Assembly (NCBI RefSeq): GCF_052425735.1
Contig: NC_135758.1
Span: 46,252,001-46,316,000, forward strand
Source of the DNA: Oculina patagonica
Taxonomy: Eukaryota
Length of the DNA stretch: 64,000 nucleotides
Direction of reading: 5' to 3'
In this document: piece by piece, positions 39,989-51,302 of the stretch
Position numbering within the stretch: position 1 is the first letter of the stretch
Layout of the letters: every line of letters starts with the position of its first letter
Notes under the pieces: generated by a model
Told to the model about the DNA's origin: nothing
The model's database searches: none
What the model saw: only the letters and a program-made list of their open reading frames with translations
Position numbers and translations under genes: made by a program

Positions 39989-42900
39989 TTATTTTCGTTT
40001 GCATAATAAATAAAGAAGGACTTTAACTGCATCATGATCGGAATAGTAAATGCTAATTATGGTATTTTCGACAGTTTTGAACTTTTGTGACTTGACATAA
40101 ACGTGATCGAGAAGACTTCCTGATAAAAATGTTGGTTTGTTAACAATTTGTTGATAACCTAACGTTTTTTCCAAAACATTCTTTAAATTATGCGATTCTT
40201 TTTCATCCTGGAAATTGATATTAAAATCACCAAGTATTACATCGATCGTGTACAAATTGATGATATGTCTTAGGTTATTAACAAAATCATGCACGTTACA
40301 GGCTTGTTTTCGGTAAAGGGATAAAAGTTTCATTTCACAATTCTTCCGTCTAGTGAAAACTGTTGTCAACATCAAAGCATTTATGACTGGAAAATACTCT
40401 TTTTCAGTGATAAGAACTGTTGTTTTGTTACAGAAAGCTAGGCTTGAATATCTATCATCGTTGTCGTGCCTGTTTAGTATAAAAGGATCAAGATGATCTT
40501 GCATATCATTGTCTGAATCAGATGGTAGAAGTTGAGTCTCCGTTAACAGAAGGAGATCACAGTTAAAAATTTTAGTGTCAAATTTCATGTCAATACTGTG
40601 TTTTCGAAGCGATCTGATATTTAACAACACAATAGGTATAATGGGATCATCTTCCTGTACTTGGAAATTTGTATTATCTACCAGCAGCGATGTACTTCGT
40701 AGTCTCTCATACTCGTCAAGTACTCTTGGATCTGCTTTGACATGTTTGCGTTCTAATTTTCCAAGCACATAAAGACCTTGAAGAGAAGTGGCACGGCTCA
40801 GAGCAACATATATTTGTCCGAAGTTAAATGACCTTTGTCTAAACAATTCGAAACTTACAACAATTTTTTTTAACGTTAATCCTTGAATTTTATGAACAGT
40901 ACATGCCCACGCCAAAGCTAATGGAAACTGCAATCTTTGTATTTCTGGCGATGAACGCTTCCCTGGGTTACACTTTATTTTAGCTAAAATTGGTTTAATT
41001 GCCACAACTTTGTTTTCTATAGCAAAGGTATCTGCAGATTTTTCAATCGTCAAGTTACCTGCATCATCGTCATCAAACTTAACGTACACGATAGTGGGCT
41101 TCTGAGTAATTTCACTCACCATAATTCGAGCCACAGTACCCAACTGGCCGTTTATAAGTCTGTCAGAGATATCGACATTGTTTGTTAACATGACACGAGC
41201 ACCTTCTTTGACAGAAATCTCAAAATCAAGACCACCTGTGTAAGAACGTCCTTTTGAAAGAACTCTTTCAATATCTGTCCTTGATACATTGTTTGGATAT
41301 TGGTCAACTGCTTGAAGGACATGTAAAGGCATGGAAATGTCTTGAAGACGTTGATTATTATACTCTGTAGCAGGTTTATTTTCAGCCCACACATGAAGCT
41401 CATTTGAAGGATAGTTATTTGTGTCATTGAGATCAATCGATCTAGATTGAATAGTACATATGTCGGCTTCTGTGTGTTTTCCAACCCTCAATCTGTTTAA
41501 GAGCTCAATAAAGGCTTGATCACCCTTTTGCCGCATAATTTGAAACAATTCTACCATCTTGAATTCATACCATGGATGTGCTAAGTTATATGTGTCATTG
41601 GCATAAGAAGAAAAAATAGGTTTCTGTTTGATAGGTGGTAACTGGAGTAAATCACCCACAGCGATAATGCTTATACCGGCAAATATCTTTGAGCTCGAGC
41701 TTCCAAAAATTTCTTTTAATCTTTGGTGGATATGCAGTAACATATTGTTTGAAACCATTGAAATTTCATCAATAATTAAAAGCTTGAGTTCACTAAAACT
41801 GAGCCTCAACAACGTTTTCTTTTGATCTGGCAGTGGAGGTAAATTAATTCCAGCATCTTTTGGAATACCTAGTGCTGTGTTAACAGTTGTACCACTAATG
41901 TTTACAGCTGCAACGCCAGTAGGGGCCATTAAGAGAACTGTTGGCAGAGAAGGATTTAGTGCAGCATACTTGAATGTATTCACTACAGTGTGATAAATTG
42001 TTCTAATTAAATGGCTCTTTCCACCACCACCTCCACCAGTAACAAAGATATGTATTGGTTCAATGCTTTGTTTGTCCAAGCAGTTAACGTTTTTTATCAT
42101 GCTTCTACACCAAGACAGCACAATGTCATACGTAAAACGTTGTTTTTCATTTAAAGTTCTTACAGAATTGCGCAATGCATCATCTGTTATAGCAGATGGT
42201 TGGTTGTAAGTAGTAACTCCTAGGGATGTTGGTTGGATGCAAGGTTGTGGAATTGATATCAATTGTTCAGGTAACTGCTCATCGCATTGATCAAATTCAT
42301 CTGTGTCAGTTGTTGGTTCTGTTGATAAATCATCATTTTCTTGGTCATTAATAGCATCATATGATAGACGATTCAGTTTCACTGTGTTTTCACTTAACAA
42401 CTGCAACGCAATATCAACAGCCTCAGCGTTGGGTTCAAATATTCTCCTGTTTGCCTCTACTTTAGTATTCACTACTGAGTCCTGAAATTTGGTTACGTAT
42501 AATTGATCATCACCAAGAAGATCACTCTCTTTTCGCCATGGAAAGTAAAGCATTAATAAATGATGATAAAATTTTTCAGGCTCTTTTTTTTTGCTTGGTG
42601 TGTGAAATCTTATAACAGCCTTCACCTTTCGACGTTTCATGATTTCTTGGGCGTTAATCAGCTTAATTGTCGGTGGTAGAGCTGATTCAGAATTAGAAAC
42701 ATGGTTGGATTCTACTAAATCGTCAGAAAGTACATTTGGCTGAACATCATTAAACTCATCAGAATTTTGTCTGTAGTCTTTGTAGTAGTAAGCTGCAAAT
42801 TCAGCTAAGCATAACTGGTCAACAATATAAGGTCGATCACTGTATCGTTCAATTACATTTGACTTGAAAATATCAGTGCTATCGTCGTCAAGTGCTTCGA

Positions 42901-44177
42901 TCTCTTGTTGACATTTTGCAACTCGACATCTTTCTTGCGGTAACCCAGTATTAACAAAAATTGTGCAAGGAAATGTCTTTCGTAACCAAAGTTCAGGCAT
43001 GCATCTGTAAACACATTCTTGAGCACTGACTTCCCTATAAGACAAGAAAGCTGCACCAACCTTTTTTAAGCTTTCTCTAATGTTTAAATTATTGGCTTTA
43101 GCTTCTTTTGCGGCATTCATAATAGCTTGGGAACATTCAGTCTCATCTTTTGAAAAGTATGAACAAACGTAGGTTATGCACTTGTAGTGATTAAAAACAG
43201 GCTGTAAATCAACATTAGCTCTAAACCCTTTTATTCCAGCTTCAAAGTAATTATTAATGAAGCAACTGTTAATTGGTCTTTTAAGATGCAGTTCAAAATC
43301 GGCATCTGCGCTAATTGATAACGCCCAGTTATAGTTGTCTTTGGAAACTTTGCACATAGCCAGTAAATCGTCTGCAGTTATGCTTGAGTCATAATTAGAC
43401 TTACTTGGATCCAATTTTTCATTGATTTTCTCTTTTATAGAACATAAGATTTCATTACGCCTTTCCAATAGCATTGCTTTTTCATCATTAGGAATTTCAT
43501 CTGGCAATGGTTTAGAAACAACTGTCTGGTCTGTGAAAAATTGGCCAAAATCAAATCTGCATGGAATATTTTTATACTTTTTACAACTTCTTGAATGAGT
43601 GTGCTTCTGATATAGGTTTACTAAGTCATGGAATTCGGAATCGTTTTCCTTTTCTGGAAGTCTTCCTTGCACATGTTCATCAATGTATCGTATATAAGTT
43701 TCCTCGTTGCCTTTTTTCAGCTCAGGACAATCTGAAGTCCATATCAGTGAGTGCAAGTGAGGAGAACCACGCATTTGAAATTCAATCCTAAGTGCATAAT
43801 AAATAATCTTTCCAATAGGGTTGGCGTTACTTAGTAATACATCCTTAAAAAAAGTTTCCACTCTGTACTGGAAGTGCTTAGCAGTAATAACAGGGTTAAG
43901 ATTAAGCAAAGAACATTTCTCATTATACGACAAACTGTCAATTTCCTCATCCGTCATATTTTCTCCTTTTACACGAGACAGTATGTGAACAAGTTCATGC
44001 CATCTAAGATCAGCACATGACAAAGTCAAAAACCATGTTGGGATTCCGAGTTGTTGTACCATTGCTATCACTTCATACATAAACTTCTGCCAATACGGTG
44101 GACTACCTGGGATACCTCTGAGAAAAAGATATGCCTGGTCCTTGAATATCAGTTTTTTGAGACATTGTTCATCTGAT
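39989..44177 (-). CDS. Helentron RepHel-EN, C-terminal part: HUH Y2 Rep + PIF1-like SF1B helicase + AP-like (EEP) endonuclease
   Basis: Rep motifs WFLTLSCAD, EFQMRGSPHLHSLIW, YVCSYFSK. Helicase motifs GGGGGGKS, IIDEISMV, GDLLQLPPI, QIMRQKGD, QFPLALAWACTVHKIQGLTL, YVALSRA. Endonuclease motifs LNIRSL, LTET, GDFN, LLDHVY, SDHDAV. Out of frame with the upstream ORF. Confidence 0.93.
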
Positions 44178-45543
44178 CTAATACCCATATCTGCCTTTAG
44201 GAAACAGAACTGGAAAGGCAAGCTCCTCACAATATCTGTCAGTCATTATAGACACGGGATGCTTGTTTTCTCCAGGAGCGATATCAAATATTTCATTTCC
44301 AGCTGAAGTAGTCCTGCCTTGCTCATCAGATATAATAGGGTAGTCTGGAATGATGGATTGAAGACAGGTTTCACATGTTGCTGCTCTGTGTTCGTTAATT
44401 GGGTCTTCCTTATCACAGTCGTCGGCATCATCCTCGCTTTTATCTTCACTGGTGAAAGGTGTACTTTGGTCATTGTTTGCGTTTTCTGATCCGGCGTGCT
44501 CGTTAAGTGAATGTTCCCTCTCACAATTGTCACCACTGTCGTCATAAATATCACTAGGTGATACGGTTCCATTTTGAGAACAATTTGTGGTGTTCGATCT
44601 ATTTTGTTCTTGGTGCGCACAAAAAAACGATAGTTCAGGATCAATGTTCTCAAGATTAATAGTTACATTTTCATACAACTCGTTATTACTTTTAAGCCAG
44701 TTGAGAGCATGCATTATGAGTTGTGGACGGACTGCCTGAAAGTAGACATGACCTCTGAATTGTAACTTCCGCTTTAGTTTTAACATGATAATCCCAGTAC
44801 TATCAGGTGGCCGTGGTAAAACTTTACATGTTTCCTCACAGGTCACTGGAACATTACAGATCGCTCCTTTAATTTTCCGTTGCTGACCTTTCGGCATCAC
44901 AATGAGTTTTTGAAACACTATTCGTTGTGAAATCAGAATTTGCTCGAGTTTTTCTAAAACCGCAAGCTCGCGTGGTACTTCATCGACTCCAAGGTTGTTG
45001 TGCACTGCTTGACATGGAGTTTTGTTTTTCTTTTTGATTGTATTATGACAAGTGTTACAAATATACATCTTTTCATTGAACGACTTCACACTTGTAAACA
45101 AACAGCAGCTGGAGTCGTATTTATCCTTTTTAAATTCCACAACAGTTTTTCTGTACAAAAGCCTATTGCAGACCACACAAATATAATAAGGGCCTTCCCT
45201 TATATCTCGATTGAATTGTTTAATATAGTAGTCCAGAGAATGTATAGATGAACGTTTTTCTTGCCTTAATTCTTTTTTTCTGGCTGCGCATTTTTTTACT
45301 AGGTCCTTCTTCTTACTAGAATCCATTAGTTTGTATTTTTCAGCTCTTTTGGTTTTTAGCGCCGTCTTTTCATCGAGATCCATAAGCCTGCATTTTTCAG
45401 CTCTTTTGGTTTTTAGCGCTGTCTTTTCATCGCTATCCATAAGCCTGTATTTTTCAGCTTTTTTAACACTTAGCGCTGTCTTTTCATCGCTATCCATAAG
45501 CCTGTATTTTTCAGCTTTTTTAGCACTTACCGCCTTTTTTTTT
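44178..45543 (-). CDS. Helentron polyprotein, middle part: 19-aa repeats, C4 zinc finger, pre-Rep conserved region
   Basis: CVVCNRLLY...YICNTC; QRKIKGAICNVP; LKLKRKLQFRGHVYFQAVRP; ends EELAFPVLFPKGRYGY*. It joins the upstream ORF if one A is removed from the A9 run at 45535-45543. Confidence 0.85.
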
Positions 45544-45612
45544 ATCGAGTTCCATGTTTGCGTACTTTGAGGCGTAATAATCTAAGCAAGCTCGTTTCTT
45601 GGCTGGTTCCAT
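45270..45612 (-). repeat. Coding 57-bp (19-aa) tandem repeat
   Basis: MDSDEKTALSVKKAEKYRL-type units; atccat recurs at 45321, 45378, 45435 and 45492. Confidence 0.9.
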
Positions 45613-47427
45613 AGCAGCATAGCTTTCCCTTCTATCTTTGGCAAGTTTCTGCTTTTGCTTTGCTGACACATGCCTTCTTAATACAGTCTGGCGGTCTTTG
45701 CTTGATAGCTCACAATTGCACTTAACGAAATGTATTTCGTATGCTTTCACATCTAACGTTGTTTTATCTGCTATCATTCTGAGAAGAAGTTCAATTGCAC
45801 TTGTTATGTTCTTGACTTTCTCATAATCATGACCTTTCAATTTGCTATTGTTGAGACCAAATAGATTGTAACATGTATTCCCTTTACAATCTCTTTTAAA
45901 AATGCAGCAAACATAGCATTTTAACGCGGACATTAAAAAGCCGGTATTGTGTTCTTGGTTTTCTGCAATAACTTTTTTCATTTCTTGGATAAAGCATAAA
46001 GACTGTTGTTCTGTTTTTCTTATTTTGTATGCAACACTTAAATGTGCCTCGATGATTGCAATGTCTATTGCAAGTGAATTTGGAAGATCAGAGGCCGTGC
46101 AATGTTCTTTTAACATGAGCTTTTCTTGCAGCCGATTACAATTTTCAATTATGGCATCAAATGTATTTTCATTCCAATAACTAATTTGCTTTAAGACGGA
46201 GAAGCAAATTGCATAAAAACAAATAAAACAGCACTGCTTACAAGAGCAATAAGTGTCACTGTTTCGTACACTTTCTTGACCTATTTCAGTTTTACTTAAA
46301 TTCTCAAACTGCACTGGTCCAGAGATTTCGGGCGTCGTTATACTAACACCTTCGGTCACTTCTGTTAATATCTGGACGCCTTTCAATTCATAAAGGGCAT
46401 CTTTTATTAATATGTGCAAGTTTTTAAAATACTGGACAAGATGGTCAAGAGAAGCTATTTCAATTAGCACACAGGTACCACAGGGATCAGACATTCCTTT
46501 AGAATCACGGCTATGCGAGTCAAAGACTTTAAATGTACCGTCCTTTGTTATAAAAATGGCTACGGTGGAGATCGTTATTGTGAGAATAAACGATTTGAAG
46601 TTTTCTCCAATTAACAGATCAAAGGCGTCTAGTAGGGGTCGACAATGAACATCTTCTGTTGCACAGTCATATAAGTTATGTACAGTACCAAAATAGCTGT
46701 CACTGTATCGCATGCTATACATGGTTTCTCTTAGACACAACACTTCAGGTAATTCCGTCAACATCAAGCGATCCTGTGCTACTGACGTTGAAAGGTGTGT
46801 GTATAACTCATTACCAATGGTCATTATTTCTACAAGGTCTGAGGAGGATCTTACGGAATAGATGAAGCTGTACAATATTGCTGTCAAGCTCATTGCCACA
46901 CACTGATTTCCTGCATTTGAACCAAAAACTGAACTATTTCCTTGACTGTATGGAGCATGAATGGTTTTGGTAGGATCTACTACAAACGGGCCAGGATTTG
47001 TCTCTATATCCCCAGAAAGCTTACTAACAATATTGTTTATTCTGTGATTTACATTTTTGTACACCAGTTTATTCCGTGATGGCAAAATTTTACAGCCATT
47101 TCTCAAAGGGTATTTTTCAGTAACTGTAAACTCATTGCCTTCCGATATACGTTTGCCATTGGCAAATGCAACCCTTTTGCGCAGTGAGGGTGTTTGAATG
47201 ATGTGATAGAGTTTTGATGACTTGGGAACATTCTTTAATACATATTTTCGCATTATTTTCCTAAGTTTTCTCTTTCTTAAAGCCCGTTTCAATTGTTTTA
47301 CAGGCAGCCTACTTGGTTCTGCACAGCGTCTTTTTTTCCCATTCTTTTGGCTGTCAACACTATTAACAAACAATGCAAAGCGAGATCTAGATGATGTTTC
47401 TTTTATTATCTTCATTGCGTCAAGCAT
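45520..47427 (-). CDS. Helentron polyprotein, N-terminal part: basic leader, 2A-like motif, viral-tegument-like deubiquitinase (VTD, peptidase C76-like) and degenerate second VTD
   Basis: LSGDIETNPGP (DIETNPGP = aa 140-147); SQGNSSVFGSNAGNQCVAMSL (Cys176) and VFDSHSRD (Asp303/His305); second unit KQCCFICFYAICFS..ISYWNENTFDAIIEN. Confidence 0.8.
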   Translation of the reverse strand: MLDAMKIIKETSSRSRFALFVNSVDSQKNGKKRRCAEPSRLPVKQLKRALRKRKLRKIMRKYVLKNVPKSSKLYHIIQTPSLRKRVAFANGKRISEGNEFTVTEKYPLRNGCKILPSRNKLVYKNVNHRINNIVSKLSGDIETNPGPFVVDPTKTIHAPYSQGNSSVFGSNAGNQCVAMSLTAILYSFIYSVRSSSDLVEIMTIGNELYTHLSTSVAQDRLMLTELPEVLCLRETMYSMRYSDSYFGTVHNLYDCATEDVHCRPLLDAFDLLIGENFKSFILTITISTVAIFITKDGTFKVFDSHSRDSKGMSDPCGTCVLIEIASLDHLVQYFKNLHILIKDALYELKGVQILTEVTEGVSITTPEISGPVQFENLSKTEIGQESVRNSDTYCSCKQCCFICFYAICFSVLKQISYWNENTFDAIIENCNRLQEKLMLKEHCTASDLPNSLAIDIAIIEAHLSVAYKIRKTEQQSLCFIQEMKKVIAENQEHNTGFLMSALKCYVCCIFKRDCKGNTCYNLFGLNNSKLKGHDYEKVKNITSAIELLLRMIADKTTLDVKAYEIHFVKCNCELSSKDRQTVLRRHVSAKQKQKLAKDRRESYAAMEPAKKRACLDYYASKYANMELDKKKGGKC

Positions 47428-48055
47428 GGGGATACTCAGTGAAGCTGTATTTCAGTATAATTGTGTATAATTGTGTATATTTCCGTTACTTGGTTAATCT
47501 CCGTTACGCTAAGACTTTGCTCAGCTTAATAATAATAATATAATAATAACTCTTGATAACTGGGACAACTCTTGATAAGCTCACTCGTCGATCAGGTCCC
47601 GTTTTTTTTGGAACCTAAAAAAGAAAAAGAAAACAACAAATATTGTCAGTGTCTTCTAAAACCCATTTAGTTCATTTTGTTAAATATTCAAGTCCTCCGT
47701 GTTAACCTAAGGGACTGTTAATTTTTTATAGGGGGGGGGGGGGGCTGGTGGGATTTGATAGATAGTCACTGTTAAATATAATGCCCCCCTTCTTCATCGG
47801 AAATTTTTACCTGCTCCCCCTCTCAAAATCGATTTTTTTTCATGTCCCCCCCCCAAAAAAAAAAACAGTAATCAAGTGATCAAGCCTTTGACTAAAGAAT
47901 GCATCAGTTGTTCAGTCATAAAAATAGACAAACAAAATCCCCCCAAAATTGCCTTGACTGTCTGTTGTGGATTCCGTTTGTTATTTACCCCTTTAAGCCC
48001 CAATATCAAAACAAAAATTCTCATTACTTATTTTCATACATTTTTCTATAGTATG

Positions 48056-48993
48056 TAAGGGACTGGTCAATAAGTACAGGGGGGAGGGGGGGGGGTGGGC
48101 CAGAGCAGAAAAGGGGTGGGTCATCAGTTTTTGAGCCCTCGAAAAGGGGTGGGTTATTTAATTTTGATCTACACGTAGGGGGTGGGTCATCTTATTTATT
48201 CACTAACTTTAAACTGTTATAGTTCCAAGAAAAGTTGTATTCATCATTATATAAAATTGATAAATTTCTCCATGTGAGCAGTTTTAAATGAATTTCTAGC
48301 AATTTCAAAAGGCCCAAATATAAAAATTTCCCGGGGAGCATGCCCCCTGGCCCCCCTAGATGACTTGTGATCGTAACATCAGTTTTGCTTGTCTCTCTTC
48401 AACCTGCATAGATTCACGCTGGGCTTTAGGCCTTTTAATACCAGTAAACTCTTTAGTCAAACACTTTGCAAATATGAATGATGGGCAGTGGTTGAAGTTT
48501 CTGTTATTAATTTCTGTATAAAAATATGAACTCTTCAATAATTGATTATGAATTAATATTACATACTGATTCAGTTTTTTGCATATGTTTGTGTCTAAAT
48601 TTCCCCATGGACTTTACACACAAATATGTGGAAAACTTACAAAAGGCTAGTATAAGAAGCAATAAATTCATCCTTCTTTGGTGTGTAAAGAAAATGGAAA
48701 AAAGACGTACATGGAACCGCAGTGTTCATCAGGGAAAATGTCTATGTAGGGAATTTCACTTTAAAAGCTGAAGTCAAATCAAAAAATCTCCAACTCCTAA
48801 CAGATGATAAAGAAATGATTGGTCCCTAAAAATTTTTTAGCAAAAGGGGTGGGTCATGTAATTTTCAACCCCCTATCAGGGGTGGATCAATCATTTTTGA
48901 GCCAGAAGGAAAGGGTGGGTCACAAATTTTTGAGCCACCACCTTTTTTAATTGCTCCGGTCCACCCCCCTGGTACTTATTGACCAGTCCTTTA
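48056..48993. mobile_element. MITE with ~22-bp TIRs, nested in another short repeat (~47985-49122)
   Basis: taagggactggtcaataagtac / gtacttattgaccagtccttta. Confidence 0.8.
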
Positions 48994-50553
48994 GTTGGAG
49001 AATTTGTTAAACAATCAAACAACTTTTCCTTTTGTGATCATTTGTCAATTCTCAAAACCTGTCCTCTTGTTTATGTTTTGATATTGTGACGAGAAATTTG
49101 ATGTTGGCACTCTTGGGGTTAATAACAAAGAAGAGTACATAACAAAGAAGGGGGGTCCAGAGGCATGCTCCTCTGGGGAAAAATGGAATTTTCAGAACGT
49201 CAGGAATGTTATTTAGGGCATTTTAACAAGATTCAAACTATAACAGAAACCCTCATTACAACACTTTAAGCGCCGCTTTAGTGTATGCAAGACTTGTACT
49301 GGTACAAATTTGCGTTCTTTATTGTTTTAAACTTCGGTACCTTTATGCGTTTTGAACGGTTCAGGCAAGAGGGAGGACAATTGGTAACCTTTAGTAATTT
49401 TGTTTCGTTTTAAATTTGATTGTTCAATGTTCTCAATTTTTCTTGCATTTGTGTATTTTAATATATTTTAGTTTGATGTTATCAAAATCCATATGACCTT
49501 TTCGCTACGGCTCAACTCATACAGGGTAAATTTGTAGGTTATCAAGACTACAGCACCACTTGAAATCTTATAGGGGGTGTTGTCCTACACAGGGTATGCA
49601 TTTTAAGTTTTTATTGTCCTAAACAGGGTTTCAATTAATAAACTCCCAGCGGCACCCCTATACCTAAACTTAGGTCAAGTACCCACCTCAGGGTTTCAGC
49701 TAAGGGTATTGTAGTTGCCTTAATAGTGAGGGCTAGAGATAAGGGACATGGTGGGGTAGGGTGTTAGAACTGTGTTATAATTACTGCTTTGTTGGTTCTG
49801 TTGCACAATAGTTCCTGATTAGTTTGTTTACAGTAGAGACAAATCGGGCGTGCCAAGTTTCATCAGTTTTAGCTGGTTGGGCTTCGAGGAATGTAGAATG
49901 TAGATGTAGATGAAACTGCAGAATTCCTTCCAGTAAATAAACTCAACGCTTCGACTTACTAATGTTAATGAAAATACTTCTTTGTTTTTTTCTGAAGCGG
50001 TGTAGTAATTTTCTAAATCCTAACTATTCCCAGACAAGGTGCGTCTTGGGGTTTCAAATCTGTTCGCTTAAAAAAGTCAAAATTTCCGAACTAAAGATTG
50101 AAATATGAAAGAACTTGAACTCAACTTTGTTTAGAATAATATTTCTTTTAAGATGAAGGCAAGAAATGCATACCAAAGCGCCAAGATATCGAAAATTACG
50201 TCGTGGATTCCATCGATCAGAAAGAAAGCTATAAAGAGTTAATAATTTCGTGTTTCAAATTTATAACTTCTAATCTTTATTCTGTTGGGCGTCACATTGT
50301 AATTACTGTACTGTACTTCAATTTTTTTCTTGGGTTGTCCGGCATTTTTTTCCGAACGCGCTTTTAGATGTCTCGGACGATCACTAATCTCGAGCACTGA
50401 TTAAAAATAAATCCGGGAGAAAATAATGCAATTTCACGCAAGTACTTTCACTAACTTCAGTATTATTGAATGTCCGATTTAAGTATAACTTCCATTTAAT
50501 TTTTTTCTGTTTGTGACGACAGTCAAGCAAAGCACGTTTTATTCGAAGGCTTA

Positions 50554-51302
50554 GGGTGCGTTTCTTTGGGAAAAATCCAAATCCGGATTCTTGATCCAAA
50601 AACGGATTTTGCGTTTCTTTACCTATATCCGAAAATGGATTAATCTTGGATCAATGATCTGAAGAATCCACACTCGGAGTGGATACATCAGATCATATCT
50701 GAATCCGGATTTTTAGGATTCATGATCCGTGCGTTTCTTTGGGAAAGGATTCGAAAAAAGTACCTTGGCCCAGCGGTCTTTGCTGTGAAAATGCAGGTTC
50801 GCTCTTTGTAAACATTGTCATACGGTACGTTTTCAGGCGGTTATTTCGATCAAAATATGAAAATATTTCATGTTAAAAGGAAACGGTTGCTCCATAGGTA
50901 TGAAGTGTCATTTTAAACTTGATACAGGTTTTCTAGAACAGCCACCGTGTGCCTACGGAAGTTGTATCCTTTTGAAATTGTCACGAGTGCAGTTTGCATT
51001 GATCATTTCGCAAACATTCTTCGCTCTTTGATGCTTTCTCGCCACACTGTGCTTGAGGCTAAAGAAGAACTATTTCGACGTGTGATTTTTGTAAAAGATT
51101 TTGTATGCTGAAATTATTTTATCTAGGATACATTCGACGAAAAATAAATTTGTGCTGATATTTTTTGTTCTGTGCGAAATGTGTTTACGGGGTTGTCATG
51201 GCAAAAAATCCATTTTCGGATTCTTCGTTTCTTTGGGAGCAAAGTATCCATGTGATCTGAGATCAATGATCCAATTTTGGATTTTCCCAAAGAAACGCAC
51301 CC
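50554..51302. mobile_element. PIF/Harbinger-type MITE
   Basis: TIR gggtgcgtttctttgggaaaa / ttttcccaaagaaacgcaccc, flanked by a 3-bp TTA duplication (50551-50553, 51303-51305). Confidence 0.85.

Noticed and set aside
45520-47427. Endogenous herpesvirus fragment
   Set aside because: The tegument-like domain is in register with RepHel inside Helentron termini, and no other viral genes are present.
47729-47744. Poly-G/C runs as G-quadruplex regulators (also 36196-36211 and 48079-48095)
   Set aside because: Homopolymers in repeat-derived DNA; length is unreliable and nothing supports function.
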